Shown here piece after piece: positions 11,020 to 22,834 of a stretch of 64,000 bases of DNA. The DNA comes from SAR86 cluster bacterium (GTDB lineage Bacteria; Pseudomonadota; Gammaproteobacteria; Magnimaribacterales; D2472), in the NCBI GenBank assembly GCA_003331645.1, contig QOPI01000002.1, forward strand, positions 10,512 through 74,511, read 5' to 3'. A program made the position numbers and the translations under genes. The notes under the pieces were generated by a model, which had not been told where the DNA came from, made no database searches, and worked only from the letters and a program-made list of their open reading frames with translations. Positions within the stretch are counted from its first letter, which is position 1, and every line of letters starts with the position of its first letter.

Positions 11020-11635
11020 ATTATTTTTTTTAAGTTTTTTTCTAGTAATTTTAACTTCATGTAAGCAATATAAGAATATTGAAATAATTTTTGAAGATGG
11101 CTTTATCTACTCTGCTCAGAAAGATTTAATCACAAATCTAAAATCTACCAATTCAAAAGAAGGCATAAAAGAAATTCTTTTAAACCAAGATTGGATTGAG
11201 GATTTTAAAGTTGTATTCAGAATTAATGGCAATGTAAAAATAAACATTATTACCAAGATCCCGCTATTTATATGGAACGATAAATACTATATTGATAGGA
11301 AATTAAATACTTTTAATTTCGATAAAACTGATAATTATCTCATCAAAGTTTTTTGCCCAAGCAATCAAATTGAAGATGCAAGTAAATTAATTAAATATAT
11401 CAATAACACTGAAACATTATCCAAATTTAGTTTCAATAAACTAGATTTTAAATATTCATCAGGTTGGACATTATTTTTTGAAGACAGTTTAACTATAAAA
11501 TTTGGTAAGGATATATCAGAAACAAGACTAAACTCTTTTAAACAAAGCTTAAATTATGTATACGAAAACAACTCTATACCTAGTATGATAGATTTAAGAT
11601 ATAAGGATGGGGTAGCATTAAATTATGGCAAATAA
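11000..11635 (+). CDS. ftsQ: Cell division protein FtsQ (short form)
   Basis: 211 aa. One N-terminal hydrophobic segment, then a POTRA/FtsQ-like domain. PLFIWNDKYYIDRKLNTF and C-terminal IDLRYKDGVAL align with the E. coli FtsQ motifs (ARWND..., VDLRY..G). Position is ddl-ftsQ-ftsA. Confidence 0.85.
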   Translation: MKMHIYKLFFLSFFLVILTSCKQYKNIEIIFEDGFIYSAQKDLITNLKSTNSKEGIKEILLNQDWIEDFKVVFRINGNVKINIITKIPLFIWNDKYYIDRKLNTFNFDKTDNYLIKVFCPSNQIEDASKLIKYINNTETLSKFSFNKLDFKYSSGWTLFFEDSLTIKFGKDISETRLNSFKQSLNYVYENNSIPSMIDLRYKDGVALNYGK

Positions 11636-12854
11636 CACTTCAAGGGAATCAAATATTGTAGTTGGTTTGGATATTGGTACCTCAAAAATAGTTTGTATTG
11701 TAGGTGAATATGATACTCAAGATAATCTCGAAATTATTGCTCTTGGTTCATATCCATCTAGCGGATTGAAAAAGGGTGTTGTTGTAAATATTGATGTTAC
11801 AACTGATGCTATTCAAAAAGCTGTTGAGCAAGCTCAATCAATGATCGAGGAAAAGATAAAATCAGTATATGTAGGAATAGCTGGAAATCATATTAGAAGT
11901 TTTAATTCGCAAGGTATCGAAGCAATTAAAGATAAAGAAGTTTCCGCTTCTGATATAGAAAGGGTTATTGAATCAGCTCAAGCGATTGCAATTCCATCAG
12001 ATCAAAAAGTTTTACACGTAATACCTCAAGAATTTGTCATTGATGATCAAGATTGCATTAAAGACCCGCTTGGAATGTCTGGGGTTAGACTTGAAGCAAA
12101 AGTTCATTTAGTTACATGTTCCAATAATGCAGTAATGAATATTGAAAAGTGTGTAAAAAATTGTGGTCTTAAAGTTGAAGGTTATGTTCTTGAGCAGTTA
12201 GCAAGTTCTCATTCAATCCTATCAGATGATGAAAAAGATTTAGGAGTATGTTTAGTTGATATTGGTGGTGGTACAACTGATATAGCAATTTTCCAAGCAG
12301 GCTCAATAGGTTTTACAGGAAATATTCCTATTGCAGGGGATATGGTTACTAACGATATTGCTGTTGCATTAAGAACCCCTACACCCGAGGCAGAAGATAT
12401 AAAGCAGAAACAAGGCTGTGCAGTACCTGAATTTACAAATGATGAAGAGGTAATCGAAGTTAGGGGAGTTGGAGGAAGGCCGCCTACGGAATTAGCACGG
12501 AGAACTTTAGCAGGATTTATTGAGCCAAGATATATAGAACTATGCCAGCTAGTTAAAGCAGAAATAAGCAGGAACGGATTTGAAGAAAAAATACCTGCTG
12601 GAATTGTTCTTACTGGTGGAACCTCAAAAATGGAAGGAGTGGTTGAATTGGCAGAATCAATTTTTCAAACTAGTGTAAGACTTGGAGTCCCTTCAAAATT
12701 CCAAGGAATGGAAAATATACTTCAAAATCCAATATATGCCACATCAATTGGTTTAGTTTCTCATGGTCATATGCAGAAAAAAGAGAACTTTATTCTTGAA
12801 AATAATCAGAGCCTTATATCTAAGTTTTTAAATTGGGCTAAAGGTGAGTATTGA
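11625..12854 (+). CDS. ftsA: Cell division protein FtsA
   Basis: 409-aa actin-fold ATPase with VGLDIGTSKIV and VDIGGGTTDIA phosphate-binding motifs. Confidence 0.96.
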   Translation: MANNTSRESNIVVGLDIGTSKIVCIVGEYDTQDNLEIIALGSYPSSGLKKGVVVNIDVTTDAIQKAVEQAQSMIEEKIKSVYVGIAGNHIRSFNSQGIEAIKDKEVSASDIERVIESAQAIAIPSDQKVLHVIPQEFVIDDQDCIKDPLGMSGVRLEAKVHLVTCSNNAVMNIEKCVKNCGLKVEGYVLEQLASSHSILSDDEKDLGVCLVDIGGGTTDIAIFQAGSIGFTGNIPIAGDMVTNDIAVALRTPTPEAEDIKQKQGCAVPEFTNDEEVIEVRGVGGRPPTELARRTLAGFIEPRYIELCQLVKAEISRNGFEEKIPAGIVLTGGTSKMEGVVELAESIFQTSVRLGVPSKFQGMENILQNPIYATSIGLVSHGHMQKKENFILENNQSLISKFLNWAKGEY

Positions 12855-12879
12855 TTGTAAAAAATAATTACATTAGAAT
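12851..12879 (+). promoter_or_regulatory. Putative sigma70 promoter of the rpsF operon
   Basis: TTGATT (12851-12856), 17-nt spacer, TAGAAT (12874-12879). The -35 overlaps the ftsA stop codon. Prediction from sequence only. Confidence 0.45.
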
Positions 12880-12886
12880 GCACCAT

Positions 12887-12927
12887 CCTTGGTTTTCTTA
12901 AACAAGAGAAAATCTTTAACCATAAGG
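12887..12927 (+). promoter_or_regulatory. rpsF 5' leader hairpin, possible S6:S18 autoregulatory element
   Basis: Hand-folded. GGUUUUCU (12891-12898) pairs with AGAAAAUC (12907-12914) around an 8-nt loop. The outer CCUU (12887-12890) can pair with the AAGG (12924-12927) of the Shine-Dalgarno region. Confidence 0.3.
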
Positions 12928-12932
12928 TAAAT

Positions 12933-13394
12933 ATGAACAATTACGAAACAATATTAATCATTAATCCCAACCTATCTTCCAAGGTTGCTGATTTCCAAAC
13001 GAAATTTGAAAAACTGTTAACTGATAACTCATTTGAAATAAAAAAAGTAGAAGATATAGGCAGAAGACAACTTGCCTATTCAATAAATAATCACCATAAA
13101 GGGCATTATCTGCTATACCGTATGCAGGGAGATCCTAAAAATATATCTGAGATAGAAACTAAGATTAAGTATGACGAGGCGATTATTAGACATTTAATAC
13201 TTGCTGTTAAAGACCTGTCTGGTGAGGACTCAGTTTTATTAACTGAAGCATTAGAGAGCAAGAATAAAAAATCTGAATCAACTGAAGAGAGTGAGAAGGT
13301 TATAAAGAAAGATAAGAAGTTAGAGAAATCAACTGAAGAAGTCTCTGATAAAGAGGATTCTAAAGATTCTCCTACCGAAGTAGAGGAAGAATAA
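12933..13394 (+). CDS. rpsF: 30S ribosomal protein S6
   Basis: 153 aa. The N-terminus [15 protein letters not shown] aligns with the S6 N-terminus. Long acidic, Lys-rich C-terminal tail ending EEE. Confidence 0.95.
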   Translation: MNNYETILIINPNLSSKVADFQTKFEKLLTDNSFEIKKVEDIGRRQLAYSINNHHKGHYLLYRMQGDPKNISEIETKIKYDEAIIRHLILAVKDLSGEDSVLLTEALESKNKKSESTEESEKVIKKDKKLEKSTEEVSDKEDSKDSPTEVEEE

Positions 13395-13588
13395 TGAAAA
13401 AGTTTCAATTACCAAATAATTTTGATTATAAAAATACTGATATCTTAAAGCAGTTTATTACTGAAACTGGGAAAATAGTTCCTGCAAGAGTTACTGGTAT
13501 TTCAGCATCAAATCAAAGAAAGATTACTAAATCTATAAAAATAGCTAGATTTTTAGCTCTTCTCCCATACACGGATATGCATCAATAA
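13394..13588 (+). CDS. rpsR: 30S ribosomal protein S18
   Basis: 64 aa. S18 core [38 protein letters not shown]. 1-nt TAATG overlap with rpsF. Confidence 0.95.
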   Translation: MKKFQLPNNFDYKNTDILKQFITETGKIVPARVTGISASNQRKITKSIKIARFLALLPYTDMHQ

Positions 13589-13590
13589 TC

Positions 13591-14037
13591 ATGAAAATTA
13601 TACTATTAGACAGAATACAAAGGTTAGGTGAAATTGGTGATGTAGTAGATGTTAAGTCTGGCTATGCAAGAAATTTCCTAATTCCTCAGAAAAAAGCTGC
13701 TTTTGCTAGTGAAAAAAATATCGCTGAAGTTGAATCAAGAAAAGATGAATTAGCTGCAGCCTCTGCAGATGCTCTTGCCCAAGCACAAGGAAGAGCTGCA
13801 ACTATGGAAGGTGCTTCATGTGAAATTAAAGTTCCAGTTACTGAAGAAGGAGCTCTTTACGGCTCTGTTGGTACTAGAGAAATAGCTGATGCATTTGTTG
13901 CGATCGATATTAATATTGATAAAAGCGAAGTGCAATTGCCTGATGGGCCTATTAAAGAACAAGGTGATCATACTATTTTTATAGCTCTACATTCTGAAGT
14001 TTCTGTTGAAGTTTTAGTTAAAGTATTGCCAGAGTAG
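13591..14037 (+). CDS. rplI: 50S ribosomal protein L9
   Basis: 148 aa. MKIILLDRIQRLGEIGDVVDVKSGYARNFLIP is the L9 N-domain. Confidence 0.96.
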   Translation: MKIILLDRIQRLGEIGDVVDVKSGYARNFLIPQKKAAFASEKNIAEVESRKDELAAASADALAQAQGRAATMEGASCEIKVPVTEEGALYGSVGTREIADAFVAIDINIDKSEVQLPDGPIKEQGDHTIFIALHSEVSVEVLVKVLPE

Positions 14038-14074
14038 TTGTGTATTTTAAAATATGATGTAAAAATCATGTTTC

Positions 14075-15448
14075 ATGTCTGATATAACGCAAAATATAAA
14101 CGAACAAGCAAGGGAGGCTGAAAGAGCTGTTTTGGGCGGCCTTATGCTTGAAACTGAAAGATTTGATACAGTAACTCCTATAATCAATCATGAAGATTTT
14201 CAAGGCAAAGACCATCAATTAATCTATGAATCAATGTTTGAGCTTATTGAAGAGAACAAACCTCTGGATCCTATAACGGTTTCTGAAAAATTAGATAATA
14301 AAAATCTTCTAAATAAAATTGGTGGAAAAAATTATCTAATTGAGCTTGCTACAAGTACACCAACCGCTGCCAATATAGAAGCATATGCTGAGATAATTAG
14401 ACAAAGATCTATTACTCGCCAACTTATGAAAACAAATTCTGAGATTGCTGAGTTAATTAATAATCCTCAAGGACAAGATGGCGCCAGTCTTTTAAATGAG
14501 GCTGAAAGAAAAATATTTGCACTTAATGAACAAGCAAATTTATCTGACAGTGCATTACAGTCAATGAATGAACTTATTCCTGCAACAATGGATAGACTTC
14601 ATGAATTATCTAAAATGGGAAGGGGTAATATCATTGGGAATTCTACAGGTTTTAAAGACTTAGATACAAAGTTACAGGGTGTTCAAAATGGTGATTTGAT
14701 TGTAGTAGCTGGAAGACCGAGTATGGGCAAGACTGCGTTTGCAATGAATTTAGCAGAAAATGTTCTTTTAAATGAGGATAATGAAGGTGCAGTTTTAATT
14801 TTTAGTTTAGAAATGCCTGGAGAATCATTAACAACTAGATTGCTTTCAGGCATGTGTAAAATTGATCAACAAAAAGTAAGGTCCGGCATGCTCAAAGACA
14901 ATGAATTGAAGCAAATATTTGAAGAGGGCGAGCGATTAAAGAATAAACCTTTATATATTGATGATAGCTCTTTGTTATCACCAATGGAGCTTTTAGCAAA
15001 ATCTAGAAGACTTCATAGATCAGAAGAAAATGGATTGTCTCTTATTGTTGTTGATTATCTCCAATTGATGCAGGTACCCGGATCAACTGAAAATAGAGTT
15101 AATCAAATTTCTGAAATATCAAGATCATTAAAATCATTAGCAAGAGAGTTAAACGTTCCAGTTATTGCACTATCACAGTTGAATAGAGGTGTAGACTCAA
15201 GACCTAACAGAAGGCCAATTATGTCAGATTTAAGAGACTCTGGAGCAATTGAGCAGGATGCAGATGTTATTTTATTCCTTTATAGAGATGAGGTTTATAA
15301 TGAAGATTCAGACCAAGGAAATAAAGCAGAAGTAATCATTGGCAAGCAAAGGAATGGCCCTATAGGAACTTGCTATCTAACTTTCTTAAAAGAATATACA
15401 CGATTTGAAAATTTCTCAAATGATGGATTTTACGATTCATTTGAATGA
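14075..15448 (+). CDS. dnaB: Replicative DNA helicase DnaB
   Basis: 457 aa. Walker A GRPSMGKTAF, IVVDYLQLM, SQLNRGVDSR. Follows rplI as in other gammaproteobacteria. Confidence 0.96.
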   Translation: MSDITQNINEQAREAERAVLGGLMLETERFDTVTPIINHEDFQGKDHQLIYESMFELIEENKPLDPITVSEKLDNKNLLNKIGGKNYLIELATSTPTAANIEAYAEIIRQRSITRQLMKTNSEIAELINNPQGQDGASLLNEAERKIFALNEQANLSDSALQSMNELIPATMDRLHELSKMGRGNIIGNSTGFKDLDTKLQGVQNGDLIVVAGRPSMGKTAFAMNLAENVLLNEDNEGAVLIFSLEMPGESLTTRLLSGMCKIDQQKVRSGMLKDNELKQIFEEGERLKNKPLYIDDSSLLSPMELLAKSRRLHRSEENGLSLIVVDYLQLMQVPGSTENRVNQISEISRSLKSLARELNVPVIALSQLNRGVDSRPNRRPIMSDLRDSGAIEQDADVILFLYRDEVYNEDSDQGNKAEVIIGKQRNGPIGTCYLTFLKEYTRFENFSNDGFYDSFE

Positions 15449-16500
15449 GAGAACCATCAGCAGAACTCATAATCGATATAGACATTATTAGAAATAATAT
15501 TATTTATTTAAAATCTTTACTTAAAACTGATACTAAATTTATGGCTATATTAAAAGCCAATGCATATGGTCATGGTTTAGATATTATTACGAAATCAATA
15601 GATGATCTTGTGGATGGTTATGGGTTAGTTAGATTAGAAGAAGCCACTATAGTTAGAAAATATACATCAAAAAAAATACTCTTAATGCAAGGTGTATATT
15701 CTAAAGATGATTTTAAAATTGCATACGACAATAAATTTGATTTAGTAGTTCATAACAAAAATCAGTTATTTGCTTTTGAAAACTCAGATATCAATATATG
15801 GTTAAAAGTAAATACTGGAATGAATAGACTTGGGTTTCTTCCAGAAGAGATAACATCTCTACATAAATTATATGATTTAAATAAAAGAAAATATGTATTA
15901 ATGTCTCATTTGGCATGCTCTGATAACCCTAAAGATCAGTTAAATGATAAACAATTCAAATTATTTGATCAGCTTACTAATTCATTAGAAGCTAATTTTG
16001 AAAAAAGTATAGGCAATACTGGTTGTATTTTAAATTTTCCAGATCAATGTTTTGACTGGGTAAGGTCAGGTATTGGTCTATATGGTGGTGTTCTTGGAAA
16101 TAAGAAATTAAAATCAGCAATGACTTTCAGATCAAAGATTATAGAAATTAGAAATATAAAACAAAATGATAGAGTAGGCTATAACGGAAGAGTTATTGCA
16201 AAAAAAGATATGAAAATCGCTATTGTCTATGCTGGATATGCTGATGGCTTTCCGCAATCAATTAAGGATACTTCTAAAGTAGTGATCAACGATCAAGTCG
16301 CACAAATATTTGGCCAAGTAAGCATGGATCTTATATCAATAGACGTAACAAATATATCTAATTGCAATATTGGTGATTGGTGTATACTTTGGAACGAAAA
16401 GAATACTCATACGAAGATAGCAAAAGATAGTAATTTGATTTCGTATGAACTTATGACTAGGATAACCCCTAGAGTTAAAGTTGTTTATGAGAATTTATGA
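15445..16500 (+). CDS. alr: Alanine racemase
   Basis: 351 aa. PLP-lysine motif AILKANAYGHG. 4-nt overlap with dnaB. dnaB-alr adjacency is the same as in E. coli. Confidence 0.92.
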   Translation: MREPSAELIIDIDIIRNNIIYLKSLLKTDTKFMAILKANAYGHGLDIITKSIDDLVDGYGLVRLEEATIVRKYTSKKILLMQGVYSKDDFKIAYDNKFDLVVHNKNQLFAFENSDINIWLKVNTGMNRLGFLPEEITSLHKLYDLNKRKYVLMSHLACSDNPKDQLNDKQFKLFDQLTNSLEANFEKSIGNTGCILNFPDQCFDWVRSGIGLYGGVLGNKKLKSAMTFRSKIIEIRNIKQNDRVGYNGRVIAKKDMKIAIVYAGYADGFPQSIKDTSKVVINDQVAQIFGQVSMDLISIDVTNISNCNIGDWCILWNEKNTHTKIAKDSNLISYELMTRITPRVKVVYENL

Positions 16501-17576
16501 AGATTAATTATGTAAAAGAAAATTTAAGAAAAATCACTTATGAAGATGATTTTCCAGAGTATATGACAGAAAAACATGCAGAAGATATTGCAGAAGTTTT
16601 TAATACTCCATTAACTGGCTCATACAATTGGGATTACAGAATTCAGGATAATAGAATTAAGCGACTTTATGAGTTAGGAAAAGAGCTTAATTGGAATGTT
16701 GAAATGGATATCAATTGGGATAGACCATACGAAGAACTAAAAGAGCCATTTCCTATTTTCTGGGATGATTATCCTCCATATAAAAAAATGTCAGATGCTC
16801 AAAAATTAGATTTCTTAAAACACCGACAATCTTGGAGTATGAGTCAGTTTTTACATGGAGAACAGGGTGCAGTTTTGGTTGCCTCTCAATTGACTAGTTG
16901 CGCGCCAACTTTTAATGCAAAACTTTATGCAGCCTCTCAGACATTTGATGAAGCAAGACATGTTGAGGCTTTTAATAAATACATCCAAACAAGAATGAAG
17001 TTGATGTATCCAATTGGGAATGAATTAAAATCAATTCTCGATAAGATTCTTACCGATGAAAGATGGGACCTAAAATTTATTGGAATGCAAATCATTATTG
17101 AGGGTTTAGCTTTGGCTGCATTTCAATCCTCTCGAGATCTAACTACTGATCCAGTCTTAAAAGATATGCTTGGATTAATTATAAGAGATGAAGCAAGACA
17201 TGTAACTTTTGGAGTTAATTATTTAGAGGAATTTGTATCCACCTTATCAAAAGATGAGATAGAAGAGAGAGCACAATTTGCCTATGAAGCATGTTTATTA
17301 AGCCGTCAAAGACTGGTATCAACTGATGTTTTTGATCATTTTGGTTGGGATGTTGAAGAAGCAAGATTATTTCAACAATCTTCAGATATTAATAAAATGT
17401 TTCAAAAATTACTCTTTCAAAGAGTTGTTCCTAATTTATCTAGAATCGGTTTATTAACTGATTCTGTAAGAGAAAATTTTGATAAACTTGGTTTACTTGA
17501 GTATGAAGACGCTCAGAGTGATTATGAAGTAGATTGGGCTGATTTATCTAGGCCTTTATTCGAAGATTCTGCTTAA
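16497..17576 (+). CDS. Ferritin-like diiron-carboxylate protein of unknown function (oxygenase/R2-like superfamily)
   Basis: 359 aa. Duplicated ligand pattern E122 (HGEQG), E152-A-R-H155, E202 (IIEGL), E232-A-R-H235, meaning E-x29-ExxH occurs twice. No signal peptide or TM segment is evident. Confidence 0.7.
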   Translation: MKINYVKENLRKITYEDDFPEYMTEKHAEDIAEVFNTPLTGSYNWDYRIQDNRIKRLYELGKELNWNVEMDINWDRPYEELKEPFPIFWDDYPPYKKMSDAQKLDFLKHRQSWSMSQFLHGEQGAVLVASQLTSCAPTFNAKLYAASQTFDEARHVEAFNKYIQTRMKLMYPIGNELKSILDKILTDERWDLKFIGMQIIIEGLALAAFQSSRDLTTDPVLKDMLGLIIRDEARHVTFGVNYLEEFVSTLSKDEIEERAQFAYEACLLSRQRLVSTDVFDHFGWDVEEARLFQQSSDINKMFQKLLFQRVVPNLSRIGLLTDSVRENFDKLGLLEYEDAQSDYEVDWADLSRPLFEDSA

Positions 17577-17634
17577 TTTCATTTATCAATTAACTATTAT
17601 CTGATATTCTGTTATCCCATCATGTATAAATTAA

Positions 17635-20105
<2,471 letters not shown>

Positions 20106-20110
20106 TATTT

Positions 20111-21385
20111 ATGTCAGCAATAAAATCAATTAAAGCTATCCAAGTTTTAGATTCAAGAGGCGTCCCAACAGTTGCTTGCAGAGTATCTCTTGATAACGGC
20201 ACTTCTGCAGAAGTTAAAATACCCAGTGGAGCATCTACAGGCTCAAAAGAAGCCTTAGAATTAAGAGATAATGAAAGTATTTTTCTTGGAAAAGGAGTTA
20301 TGAGAGCTGTAAAAAATATCAATACTGTTATACAGCCTGCATTCATAGGAAGAAACCCATTCGAGCAAGAAAAAATTGATAATGAATTAATATTATTAGA
20401 TGGCACAGATTCAAAATCCAAACTTGGAGCCAATTCAATTTTAGCTGTATCACTAGCAATGTGTAGAGTGGCTGCAAAAGATAAGAAAATAAGTTTGTTT
20501 AACTATTTTAGTAATATTTATAAGGATATTACTGGCAACACAGTGAAGCCTAGCCTGCCAATGCCTATGTTAAATATTCTGAATGGCGGAGAGCATGCAG
20601 ACAATAATATAGATATCCAAGAATTTATGATTATTCCAAAGGGAGCATCAAGCTTTAGTGAGGCAATTAGATGGTCTTCTGAAATATATTGGAATCTTAA
20701 AAATATCTTAAAAGAAAAAGATCTATCTACTGCTGTTGGAGATGAAGGTGGATTTGCGCCTAGCCTTAATTCAAATGAAGAGGCTATTAAGCTCATTATT
20801 GAATCTATTGAAAAATCAAATCTTGAAGCAGGAAAAGATGTTTTTCTTGCTTTAGATTGTGCTGCAAGTGAATTTTATAAAAATGAGAGCTACCACTTAG
20901 AGGGTGAAGGAAAATCACTGGATTCAGAGCAATTTGCAAATTATTTAGGAGACTTAGTTAACAAATATCCAATTATTTCTATTGAGGATGGAATGGATGA
21001 GGGTGATTTAGTTGGCTGGAAGTTGCTTACTGAAAAAATAGGTTCAAAGTGTCAATTAGTTGGAGATGATTTATTTGTGACTAATCCAAAAATTTTCCAA
21101 GATGGAATTGATGCAGGTTTGGCAAATGCAATATTAATTAAATTTAATCAAATAGGATCAATAACAGAAACCATCAAGACTATTGATATAGCAAATCTAA
21201 ATAATTATGCTTCAATTGTCTCACATAGATCAGGTGAAACAGAAGATACAACTATTGCTGATTTAGCAGTTGGTCTTGGGGTGGGACAAATTAAGACAGG
21301 AGCGCCTTGCCGATCTGATAGAGTTGCCAAATATAATCGTCTTTTATGGATTGAAGATGATTATTCTGATCTTCATATTGGCTAA
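20111..21385 (+). CDS. eno: Enolase
   Basis: 424 aa. [17 protein letters not shown] and IKFNQIGS signatures. Confidence 0.97.
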   Translation: MSAIKSIKAIQVLDSRGVPTVACRVSLDNGTSAEVKIPSGASTGSKEALELRDNESIFLGKGVMRAVKNINTVIQPAFIGRNPFEQEKIDNELILLDGTDSKSKLGANSILAVSLAMCRVAAKDKKISLFNYFSNIYKDITGNTVKPSLPMPMLNILNGGEHADNNIDIQEFMIIPKGASSFSEAIRWSSEIYWNLKNILKEKDLSTAVGDEGGFAPSLNSNEEAIKLIIESIEKSNLEAGKDVFLALDCAASEFYKNESYHLEGEGKSLDSEQFANYLGDLVNKYPIISIEDGMDEGDLVGWKLLTEKIGSKCQLVGDDLFVTNPKIFQDGIDAGLANAILIKFNQIGSITETIKTIDIANLNNYASIVSHRSGETEDTTIADLAVGLGVGQIKTGAPCRSDRVAKYNRLLWIEDDYSDLHIG

Positions 21386-21690
21386 TGAAGACATTACCTC
21401 TTTATATAATTATTTTTTTATCCCTAATTATTTTAATCCTCTTTTACAATCTCTTTGTAAGTGAAAATGGTTATAAAGAAAGAGATAATTTAATTATTGA
21501 GAACCAAGAATTGACTAATAGAAATGACATCATAAAAAATGCTAATGAAGAGTTAATATTTGAAATTGTTAATGCGCAAGACAATGAAGAGCATATTGAG
21601 AACTATGCTAGAGAAAATCTTAATTTATCAATGCCAGATGAAGAATTTATAAAATTTAATAATACAGATTTAGAAAATCAAAATGATTAA
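21385..21690 (+). CDS. ftsB: Cell division protein FtsB
   Basis: 101 aa. One N-terminal TM segment followed by a coiled coil. Conserved eno-ftsB-ispD position. 1-nt TAATG overlap with eno. Confidence 0.85.
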   Translation: MKTLPLYIIIFLSLIILILFYNLFVSENGYKERDNLIIENQELTNRNDIIKNANEELIFEIVNAQDNEEHIENYARENLNLSMPDEEFIKFNNTDLENQND

Positions 21691-22834
21691 AAATAATATT
21701 TTAGCTATTATTCCAGCAGCAGGTATTGGCTCAAGATTCTTATCTAATATGCCAAAACAATATTCGTCTATCAATGAGACTAATATTATTCAAAAAACTG
21801 TTAGTACATTTATTCATTCTTCTACTATTTCTAAAATTATTATTCCTGTAAACAAGAATGATCAATACATTAAAGAGCAAGAATTCTATAAAGACCCTAA
21901 GATAAAGGTTATTCAGGGAGGAGATACTAGAGCCAAGTCAGTTTTAAATGCTCTAAGCTGCATAGATATTAAAGATTATGATTATGTTTTAACTCACGAT
22001 GTAGCAAGGCCTAATATTAAAGGCGATGATGTTAATTTAATAGTAGAAACAATATTAAGTAAAAAGGCAGATTGTTTGTATTTCTATACCCCTATTAATG
22101 AATCTATCAAACAAATTTCTGAAAATAAAGATATAACAGTTAATAGAGATGATTTTTTTATAGTTCAAACCCCTCAAGTTTGTAAAATAGACAAATTATA
22201 TGATGCCCTTATATCAGCAATAGATGATTCTATTGATGTTCCTGATGAGTCTTATGCTATGGAGAGAATGGGTTATAAAGTTTTAAAAATTCTTGGAAAT
22301 TCTTCAAATATAAAAGTTACTTTCCCTGAAGATCTTGAATTGGTTAATAAATTTAATACAAGAACGGGTACTGGCTTTGATCTGCACACATATCAGCCTG
22401 GAACTGGTTTTATTTTAGGAGGGCATTTTATTGATTGCGATTATTCAATCAACGCCCATTCTGATGGAGATGTTTTATTGCATTCTATTGCTGATGCTAT
22501 ATTAGGCGCTGCAGCGCTTGGGGATATTGGTTTATTTTTTCCAGATAATGATCAAAAAAATAAAGACCTAGATAGTAAACAAATTATAGAACTATGTCTG
22601 AATGAAATTTCTAAATTAGATCTAGAAATTTATAATATTGATGCAACTGTTATATGTGAAGAGCCTAAAATAAACCCTATTCGAGAAGAAATCATCACTT
22701 CGCTTGCAAGCATTTTGCAAATTGATCAAGCAAAAATTGGTTTAAAGGCCACAACCTCGGAAAAGATTGGTATTATTGGAAAAAATAAAGCTATTGCTGT
22801 TCAAACTGCTGTAAATCTTAAGTACAAAAAATGA
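21683..22834 (+). CDS. ispDF: Bifunctional IspD/IspF (MEP cytidylyltransferase / MEcPP synthase)
   Basis: 383 aa in one frame. N-terminal IspD (AIIPAAGIGSRF) and C-terminal IspF (GTGFDLHTY, HSDGDVLLHSIADA). Confidence 0.92.
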   Translation: MIKNNILAIIPAAGIGSRFLSNMPKQYSSINETNIIQKTVSTFIHSSTISKIIIPVNKNDQYIKEQEFYKDPKIKVIQGGDTRAKSVLNALSCIDIKDYDYVLTHDVARPNIKGDDVNLIVETILSKKADCLYFYTPINESIKQISENKDITVNRDDFFIVQTPQVCKIDKLYDALISAIDDSIDVPDESYAMERMGYKVLKILGNSSNIKVTFPEDLELVNKFNTRTGTGFDLHTYQPGTGFILGGHFIDCDYSINAHSDGDVLLHSIADAILGAAALGDIGLFFPDNDQKNKDLDSKQIIELCLNEISKLDLEIYNIDATVICEEPKINPIREEIITSLASILQIDQAKIGLKATTSEKIGIIGKNKAIAVQTAVNLKYKK

